A DNA stretch of 64,000 nt from Candidatus Poribacteria bacterium (GTDB lineage Bacteria; Poribacteria; WGA-4E; WGA-3G). A program made the position numbers and the translations under genes. Where the stretch lies: assembly GCA_022821495.1 (NCBI GenBank), contig JAJEDN010000104.1:14043-78042 (forward strand), read 5' to 3'. The notes beneath the pieces were generated by a model. It ran no database searches, had not been told where the DNA came from, and saw only the letters and a list, made by a program, of their open reading frames with translations. How positions within the stretch are numbered: the first letter of the stretch is position 1; every line of letters begins with the position of its first letter. Shown here one piece after another: positions 44,437-52,500 of the stretch.

Positions 44437-45435
44437 ATGGCAAACAACTGGAAAATCCTCATCACCGATTACGCATGGGCCTCTATTGAACCCGAACGAC
44501 AGGTCCTTGCTGAAGTCGGCGCAGAACTCATCGCCGCGGAGACCGGCGACGAACCGGAACTGCAAACGCTCGCACCCACGATGGACGGTATCCTCACCTG
44601 TTGGAACCCAGTCCGAGAACCCGCTATCACCGCCGCGAAGAAGTGTCAGGTCATCGCGCGCTACGGCATCGGACTTGACAACATCGATGTAGAAGCCGCT
44701 ACCGAACAAGGCATCGTTGTCACCAATGTCCCTGCCTACTGTATGGACGAGGTTTCTGACCACGCGATGGGACTTCTATTGGCGTGTGCCAGAAAAATTT
44801 CACGTTTTGATTGGGCTGTTAGAAACGGTATATGGGACCAGAATATCGGACCAGAGATGCACAGAATCCGAGGCAAAACGCTCGGCATCGTCGGGTTCGG
44901 ACGGATCGGACAGGCGATTATCCCAAAAGCGAAGGCGTTCGGACTTACAATCAACGTCTGCTCCCCACGCACGGATCCAAAGCGAATTCAAGAGGCAGGG
45001 GCAGAGAAAGTCACATTTTCAGAACTCCTCACAACGTCCGACTTTATCACAATCCACGCGCCGCTGACACAAGAGACAGAACATCTGTTCAGCGATGCCG
45101 AATTCCGTGCGATGAAACCGACAGCACTTTTAATTAACACGGCGCGCGGCGGCATCGTCGATACGGCTGCACTCACAAGGGCACTTTGTAATCGTGAAAT
45201 CGCTGGAGCAGGGCTGGATGTCTTGGAAACCGAGCCACCCAACCCAAACGAAGAACTGCTAACACTTAATAATGTCGTCTTTACACCGCACGCCGCATTC
45301 GTCTCAGAAGACGCAATCCTTGAACTGGAAGTCACTGCTGCCAGATGTGTCGCACAAGTGCTCACAGGACAACTGCCGGAATCCATTGTGAACCCATCGG
45401 TGCTGGAACAACCGAACCTCCGCGCAAATTTCTGA
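44437..45435 (+). CDS. D-isomer specific 2-hydroxyacid dehydrogenase family protein
   Basis: NAD motif GIVGFGRIG and the catalytic region NTARGG...TPH. Confidence 0.8.
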   Translation: MANNWKILITDYAWASIEPERQVLAEVGAELIAAETGDEPELQTLAPTMDGILTCWNPVREPAITAAKKCQVIARYGIGLDNIDVEAATEQGIVVTNVPAYCMDEVSDHAMGLLLACARKISRFDWAVRNGIWDQNIGPEMHRIRGKTLGIVGFGRIGQAIIPKAKAFGLTINVCSPRTDPKRIQEAGAEKVTFSELLTTSDFITIHAPLTQETEHLFSDAEFRAMKPTALLINTARGGIVDTAALTRALCNREIAGAGLDVLETEPPNPNEELLTLNNVVFTPHAAFVSEDAILELEVTAARCVAQVLTGQLPESIVNPSVLEQPNLRANF

Positions 45436-45504
45436 TGATGGACTCCTGCGTGAATTTGATAATTAAAAAACTGTTGAACCCAAAACAGAGCTTGCAACAA
45501 TGGT

Positions 45505-45597
45505 GCAAGGCTTTTGCTTGGGCGTTTCTTCAGATACACGGAGATGAATATGAAATCCCAGATCCACCCAAACGAACCGCAAGGTATAATTAAAAAA
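45505..45597 (+). repeat. R2 element (with R3 module) ending at the first conserved trpB codon
   Basis: GGCTTTTGCTTGGGCGTTTCTTCAGATACACGG...AACGAACCGCAAGGTATAATTAAAAAA. Confidence 0.65.
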
Positions 45598-46782
45598 CTT
45601 CCTGACGCAACCGGGCATTTCGGACAATTCGGGGGTAGATATGTTCCCGAAACCCTGATGCCCGCGCTCTTAGAACTCGAAGACGCATACAACGCACTCA
45701 AAGATAACGCCGACTTCCAAGAAGAATTCCGGTACTACCTCCGCGAATACGTCGGACGCCCCAACCCACTCTATTACGCCGAACGTCTGACAGAAACCCT
45801 CGGCGGCGCGAAGATATATCTCAAACGGGAAGATCTCAACCATACAGGCGCACATAAAATCAACAGTGCGATCGGACAAATCCTTCTCGCACGCTGGATG
45901 GGCAAAAAACGCATCATCGCCGAAACCGGTGCAGGACAACACGGCGTGGCAACAGCCACCGTCGCAGCAAAATTCGACATGGAGTGCGAAGTCTATATGG
46001 GTGAAGAAGACATAGAACGGCAAGCACTTAATGTTTTCCGTATGCAGTTGATGGGAACGAAAGTCGTGCCGGTGAACTCCGGTTCGCGGACCCTCAAAGA
46101 CGCGATCAACGCCTGTTTCCGAGACTGGGTCACGAATGTCCGTACCACCTACCTACTGCTCGGTTCGGTTGTCGGCGCGCACCCTTATCCGATGATCGTC
46201 CGAGACTTCCAAGCCGTCATCGGTGAAGAAGCGAGAGCACAGATTTTAGAACAAGAAGGCGCGTTGCCGGATTGTGTCGTCGCTTGTGTCGGCGGTGGCA
46301 GCAATTCGCTCGGTATGTTCTATCCGTTCTATGCCGATGAATCCGTGCGAATGATCGGCGTAGAAGCCGCCGGTGAGAGCATCCGTAGCGGACGACACGC
46401 CGCACCGCTTACTGCAGGCAGCGTCGGTGTCTTTCACGGTGCTAAGTGCTATCTATTGCAAGAAGACGATGGGCAGATAACGCCAGCGCACTCCATCTCT
46501 GCCGGGTTAGATTATCCGGGTGTCGGCCCCGAACACAGTTATTACCGTGAAACCGGTAGAGCCGAATATGTCCCTGTTACCGATGCAGAAGCGGTGGAAG
46601 GGTTCCAGTTGTTATCAGAAACAGAGGGTATCATCCCCGCATTAGAATCCGCACACGCCATCGCTTACCTGCGTGAACTTGCACCGAAACTCGGTAAAGA
46701 TAAAGTCGTCGTTGTCTGTCTCTCAGGCAGAGGCGACAAAGATGTCTATACCATCGCAAAAGAATTAGGCATCAGCCTCTAA
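45550..46782 (+). CDS. trpB: tryptophan synthase beta chain
   Basis: Motifs [23 protein letters not shown] and GGGSN. ATG at 45550 with GGAG 6 nt upstream. The first 16 codons lie inside the R2 repeat. Confidence 0.9.
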   Translation: MKSQIHPNEPQGIIKKLPDATGHFGQFGGRYVPETLMPALLELEDAYNALKDNADFQEEFRYYLREYVGRPNPLYYAERLTETLGGAKIYLKREDLNHTGAHKINSAIGQILLARWMGKKRIIAETGAGQHGVATATVAAKFDMECEVYMGEEDIERQALNVFRMQLMGTKVVPVNSGSRTLKDAINACFRDWVTNVRTTYLLLGSVVGAHPYPMIVRDFQAVIGEEARAQILEQEGALPDCVVACVGGGSNSLGMFYPFYADESVRMIGVEAAGESIRSGRHAAPLTAGSVGVFHGAKCYLLQEDDGQITPAHSISAGLDYPGVGPEHSYYRETGRAEYVPVTDAEAVEGFQLLSETEGIIPALESAHAIAYLRELAPKLGKDKVVVVCLSGRGDKDVYTIAKELGISL

Positions 46783-46793
46783 CGCACTTCTGT

Positions 46794-46903
46794 CTTAAAG
46801 TCCCCCTGATAAGGGGCGGTGAATGCCTATAAGGCATTCATACCCGGTGAATGCCCATAAGGCATTCATACCGTTGATTCTGATTCTTTAGGGGGTTAAA
46901 AAT
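46794..46903 (+). repeat. R1 core interrupted by an R4 insert
   Basis: CTTAAAGTCCCCCTGATAAGGGG-[two GAATGCC-N5-GGCATTC hairpins]-TTAGGGGGTTAAAAA. Confidence 0.7.
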
Positions 46904-46944
46904 TTCGCGCTATAAGTGTCAACTTAAGATAAAGTAAAAACAAT

Positions 46945-46973
46945 TTGGAATCCTATCCGATATATGTTATAAT
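46945..46973 (+). promoter_or_regulatory. sigma70-like promoter TTGGAA-17-TATAAT
   Basis: Hexamers at 46945-46950 and 46968-46973. Confidence 0.4.
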
Positions 46974-47013
46974 GTTTGTCGCTTAGTCTAAAAAAAGCGA
47001 ACGAGGTGGCACG

Positions 47014-47628
47014 ATGACCCGCGAAACTGTAGATGCTGGTTCAAGTCTGTCGCTACAACAAAAAGCCCGCAAGTTCATCAAGTGGCTCTCACACCGAGAC
47101 GGTCCGGTTCGGAATTGGCGATATATCCCGACACACGTGTTGCTACGAAAACTGCGTTCAGAGTCCGCAGAAATGCGTGCCTACGCCGCCGAAGGGTTAG
47201 GGGGTGTCGGTGATGTCCACGCCGTCGCACCGCTCATTGATGCTTTAACCGACAACAACTCAACCGTCCGCCGATTCGCTATCTCCTCACTCGGACGGAT
47301 TCGCGATGCCCGCGCCATTGATGTCCTCATCCCATTCCTACAAGACGAGGAACCCGATATGCGCTGCGCCGCCGCCACTGCTCTCGGAGAACTCGGGCTC
47401 ACTGAGGATCGGTTTTCAACGCCACCAATACAAGTAATAGAGGCACTGATAAACACGATAACAGATAGTGATAGAGGTGTCTGCGCTGCCGCCGTTGTCG
47501 CTTTAGGCAGAATCGGTAATCCACAAGCCGTCTCTGCGCTCAACGCCCTCACGGAAAGCACCGACAGCGAATGGATCCGCCGCTATATCAGTGAAGCTTT
47601 GCATCAAATTGAGGAACAGAACGCCTAA
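47014..47628 (+). CDS. HEAT-repeat protein (PBS-lyase HEAT-like repeats)
   Basis: Repeated units of the type R..AA.ALG..GD..AV..L...L.D. Confidence 0.7.
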   Translation: MTRETVDAGSSLSLQQKARKFIKWLSHRDGPVRNWRYIPTHVLLRKLRSESAEMRAYAAEGLGGVGDVHAVAPLIDALTDNNSTVRRFAISSLGRIRDARAIDVLIPFLQDEEPDMRCAAATALGELGLTEDRFSTPPIQVIEALINTITDSDRGVCAAAVVALGRIGNPQAVSALNALTESTDSEWIRRYISEALHQIEEQNA

Positions 47629-47715
47629 CAATCCGAAACAATCAATAAATTCCAATTTAGCAACCTGCAAGCGATGTGCTATGAAACGAAAAATTAATAT
47701 AGAGGAAAATATGCT

Positions 47716-47931
47716 ATGAAGAAAGAACAAATTGTCTCCCAAAATCCACGGATTATGAATGGCAGGTTGGTTTTTGCTGGCACTCGTGTTCCGGTTGAAA
47801 GCCTAATTCAGCACCTTGCTGCAGGAGATTCACTCAATAAATTTCTCGACCACTTTCCGACAGTATCGCACGAGCAAGCAGTTGCTTACTTGAAAATGAC
47901 TTTGGAGTTCGTGGATGCGCGTGTTGCTTGA
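47716..47931 (+). CDS. DUF433 domain protein (antitoxin-like)
   Basis: PRIMNGRLVFAGTRVPVESLIQHLAAG. Confidence 0.7.
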   Translation: MKKEQIVSQNPRIMNGRLVFAGTRVPVESLIQHLAAGDSLNKFLDHFPTVSHEQAVAYLKMTLEFVDARVA

Positions 47932-48238
47932 TGAAAACCTACCCCATACATTACGACAACTTTTTGAAAACCGAATTGAAGTTATCACAGTTAGTTATCG
48001 GGGTTGGACAGGAAAGGAAAATGGGGAACTCCTACGCTTGGCAGCGGATGAATTCGATGCCTTTATTACAATGGATGGAAGTATTCCGTACCAACAAAAC
48101 TTGGAGTCAATTCAGATAGGTATTATCTTGTTGAAAGCCGATAGTAACCGTGATGAAGACCTTGCACCACTGATTCCTCAAGTTAATTCAATACTGAAAA
48201 CTCTCAAGAAGGGTGAAGTTGTGAACGTGAGTACCTAA
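47915..48238 (+). CDS. DUF5615 family PIN-like protein (toxin-like partner of DUF433)
   Basis: MRVLLDENLP.... Overlaps DUF433 by 17 nt. Confidence 0.65.
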   Translation: MRVLLDENLPHTLRQLFENRIEVITVSYRGWTGKENGELLRLAADEFDAFITMDGSIPYQQNLESIQIGIILLKADSNRDEDLAPLIPQVNSILKTLKKGEVVNVST

Positions 48239-48457
48239 AACTGTTTCTATTTCTCGTGAATGCTATATCCTCAACGGCACCAAAAGACATCATTAGAACC
48301 AAATGGAATCCAGAGACCTTACTTTGAAATAGCAAACGAAACGATTCCGAATTCTTTCAAGGAATTCCTTTGCTTTTTATAAGCAAATTTGATATAATAG
48401 ATATTGGTTTATTTTTTTAATTTAATGCATCACAAAGTAACATCATCTTTGAGAATT

Positions 48458-49375
48458 ATGGACGAAATCCAAAACTTCAAATCTGGTTACGTTAGTATTA
48501 TCGGTGCCCCTAACGTCGGCAAATCGACGCTGCTTAATGCTTTTTTGGGGCAGAAATTAGCGATCGTCACCCCGAAACCACAGACAACGCGTAACCAGAT
48601 TCGTGGCATCCTCACCACGGACACCCATCAAATTATCTTTGTCGATACCCCCGGGCTGATGACCCCTAAATATCGCCTACAGAGCGAAATGGTCAAAACA
48701 GCGTATGGCGCCTTAGGGGATGCCGATGTCGTTCTTTTCGTGATTGATGCCAAACGCCAAAACCCAGATATCGAAGATACAATCCTAAAACGCCTTAAAC
48801 GGATTAAATCGACAACAATCCTCGTCCTCAATAAAGTAGACCTCGTCGAAAAACAGAGCCTACTCCCGCTCCTTGAGCACTACAGCCAAAAATTTGAATT
48901 TGCGCATATAATCCCGATCTCTGCCTTAACGACCGACGGTGTGCCGGTGCTTCTTGAGCAAATCGAAAACTATCTGCCCATCGGCCCTCACTACTTTCCA
49001 GAGGATCAACTCAGCGATCTCCCGGAACGGTTTTTCATTGCCGAAACTGTCCGAGAAAAAATTATGCTCCTGACCCAACGTGAGATACCCTACGCCTCTG
49101 CTGTTGTCGTTGAAGAGTTTGAAAAACGCCAGACAAACAAATCAAGCGAGATTCTTTATATCCGTGCCATCGTCTATGCAGAACGACAGACACAAAAGCA
49201 GATTATCATCGGCAAAGGCGGCAAATTAATTAAACGGGTCGGTGAACTCGCACGCATGGATATCGAAAACTTCTTAGATGAACGCGTCTTCTTAGAACTC
49301 TACGTAACAGTCAAAGCCGATTGGCGCAGAGACGCACGCAAACTCAAAGAATTAGGCGGCTTTTTAGATATTTAA
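48458..49375 (+). CDS. era: GTPase Era
   Basis: G motifs GAPNVGKST, DTPG and NKVD, with a C-terminal KH domain. The ATG at 48458 is preferred. Confidence 0.92.
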   Translation: MDEIQNFKSGYVSIIGAPNVGKSTLLNAFLGQKLAIVTPKPQTTRNQIRGILTTDTHQIIFVDTPGLMTPKYRLQSEMVKTAYGALGDADVVLFVIDAKRQNPDIEDTILKRLKRIKSTTILVLNKVDLVEKQSLLPLLEHYSQKFEFAHIIPISALTTDGVPVLLEQIENYLPIGPHYFPEDQLSDLPERFFIAETVREKIMLLTQREIPYASAVVVEEFEKRQTNKSSEILYIRAIVYAERQTQKQIIIGKGGKLIKRVGELARMDIENFLDERVFLELYVTVKADWRRDARKLKELGGFLDI

Positions 49376-49497
49376 CAGCGTTCCTCTGAATCAAAAACTT
49401 AATCACCTCTAACATAGTCAAGAATTAATCAAAAACCTGCCTGAAACGAAATCGAAGGGTTTTTGCAAACGCTAAAATCCGTCCAGCAGGACAAAAA

Positions 49498-49519
49498 ATG
49501 AAAATGCAAGCATTTTCAT
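49498..49519. promoter_or_regulatory. perfect 10-2-10 palindrome ATGAAAATGC-AA-GCATTTTCAT, 58 bp upstream of uvrA
   Basis: Seen directly in the sequence. Possible operator with an unknown regulator. Confidence 0.3.
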
Positions 49520-49577
49520 ACTTTTGCTTCCGCAGCGAAGAAAGTGTTTCTTTACATCAGGAGCCAAATAGAAAAAA

Positions 49578-52500
49578 ATGACAGAAGCGTCAATTCACGT
49601 ACAAGGTGCGCGAGAACACAACCTACGCAATATTGACATCCAACTGCCAAAAGATAAACTCATCGTCTTCACCGGCGTTAGCGGTTCCGGTAAATCCTCA
49701 CTCGCAATTGACACCGTTTACGCCGAAGGGCAACGACGATACATCGAGTCTTTATCCGCTTACGCACGGCAATTTCTCGGACAACTCGGAAAGCCAGATG
49801 TAGATGAAATCGTTGGGCTCTCCCCGTCTATCGCTATCAGTCAAGGATCAACCGGACATAACCCGCGCTCCACGGTCGCCACTGTAACCGAAATCTACGA
49901 TTACCTCCGTGTGCTCTATGCCCGTGTCGGGCAATTCCACTGCCCCGAATGCGGTCGTGAAGTCGGCTCACAAACGCCCGCGGACATCGTCAATACTTTA
50001 CTCGACTATCCCGAACGCACAAGGCTCATCATTTTAGCACCTATTGCCAGAGGTTCCCGCGGCGCACATGAAAAAGAAATCGAGGACCTACGAAACGCCG
50101 GTTTCGTCCGATTACGCGTGGATGGCGAAATACACGAAATCCGCCCAGGCTTCGCGCTCAGTCGCAACCAACGCCACGACATTGATCTCGTCATCGACCG
50201 GATCATCATCAAAGACGGCATCGAACCACGGATCACGCAGGCAGTAGACACAGCACTCTTGCGCGGAGAGGGTAGCATGCTTGTCCAAGTTGTTCCGATT
50301 GAAGGCGAGGCATCCCCATTTGTGTCAGAAGAAGACGACCTGCTCTTTAGTAGAGATTACACCTGTTCGCACTGTCGGATAAGTTTCGTGAAACCGGAAC
50401 CCCGCCATTTTTCTTTCAACAACCCCGACGGAATGTGTGAAAACTGCAGGGGTTTGGGTGTACAAATGGGGATCCTACCGCAGTTGATTATCCTTGATGA
50501 TACGCTCTCTATCATGAAAGGCGCTATCAGTCTGTGGGGCTCCCTTAACACGCAAAAACGGGCCACAGAAAAAGCCATCGCCGAAGCACTCGCAAGACAC
50601 CTCGGATTTGATGTCAAGACACCTTGGAAGGAACTCACACCGGAACAACAAAACGCTGTCCTCTACGGCACCGGCGACGACGTCCTCACGATTATCACCC
50701 AGGCAAAAAGCACACACAAAAAACGAAAACAACGCCGACGACACCGCGTCCACTTTCACGGTATCATCCCCGCTGAAGAACAGAAGTACTACTTTGATGA
50801 TGATGAAACCGATGAAGACGACTTTCCTGATTACTTCGTCAAAATGCCCTGTCGGGAATGTGAAGGGACCCGACTTAACTCGTGGACAAAAGCGATAACG
50901 ATAAACGAGACACCTATCACCGATATCCTTGAAAAATCTATTCAGGACGCGACCCATTTCTTCAATGAAGTCGAACTTCCTGAACGCGAGGCGTTCATCG
51001 CCAAGGAACTCCTGAAGGAAATTCGAGGACGGCTCGGATTCCTTATAGATGTCGGACTCGGATACTTGACGCTCTCACGTCCCGCACCGACACTTTCCGG
51101 CGGCGAAGCGCAACGCATCCGTCTCGCCAGTCAGGTAGGCGCAGGGCTGCGTGATGTTACCTACGTGCTTGATGAACCGAGCATCGGATTACACCCACGC
51201 GACCACGCCGGGCTACTCACGACACTCCTAAACCTACGGAATCAAGGCAATACCGTTATTGTTGTTGAACACGATGAGGCAACGATGTTGGTAGCTGACT
51301 GGATCATCGACTTCGGTCCTGGTGCAGGCATTAAAGGTGGAAAGATAACGGACATCGGGACACCCGCACAATTCATTAAGGAGAGTCGCACCCTTACCGC
51401 CCAATACCTTCGTGGCGATAAGGTAATCATCCAGCCAGAATCCCGCCGCCCAACAGGAGACAAATGGATACAGATACAGAATGCACGTCAAAATAACCTG
51501 AAAGCGATCAGCCCTAAAATACCGATCGGCACCCTCTGCTGTGTAACAGGCGTCAGCGGTTCAGGAAAGAGCTCCTTAATCCACGATATCCTCTACAACG
51601 CACTCGCTCGCGACCTCATGAAGGCAAAAACCGTGCCAGGTGACTACGACGATATCCGAGGGATCATCAAAGAAAAAGACGTACCTATCTCCAATGTTAT
51701 TGACAAGATTATCAACATTAACATGGCACCCATCGGACGAACACCACGCTCCAATGCTGCAACCTATACAAAGGTGTTTGATGCGATTCGCGCGCTCTAC
51801 GCCAGTTTGCCCGATGCGAAATTACGAGGCTATAAACCCGGACGGTTCAGTTTCAATGTTGCCGCCGGTAGATGTGAAGCATGTAGCGGCAACGGCGCAA
51901 AAAAGGTCGATATGGGGCTCCTCTCTGATGTCTGGGTGGAGTGTGAAGTGTGCAATGGGAAACGGTTTAACACCGAAACGCTCGCGATTAAATATAAAGG
52001 CAAAGACATCGCTGAAGTCCTCGAAATGGATATTGATACCGCACTCGTCCACTTCGCCGATATTCCAAGAATCGCAAGAGGGTTAAAACTACTCCACGAT
52101 GTCGGCCTCGATTACATTAAACTCGGACAACCCGCACCGACACTTTCCGGCGGCGAGGCGCAACGCATCAAACTTTCAAAGGAACTCTCCAAACGAGGCA
52201 CCGGCAAAACCCTCTATATACTTGATGAACCCACAACGGGGTTGCATTTTGACGATGTAAATAAACTACTAACGATCCTTCATCGACTCGTAGACGACGG
52301 TAACACCGTTGTCGTCGTAGAGCATAACCTTGAGGTCATCAATTCCGCAGACTACCTCATCGATTTAGGACCGGAGGGCGGCGTTGGCGGCGGCACCATC
52401 GTTGCCGAAGGCACACCTGAACAAATCGCTGAGATGCCTGAATCCTACACCGGACAAGCACTTCGCGGGGACTTCGATATCTCCTCTGCTTCCGACCCGA

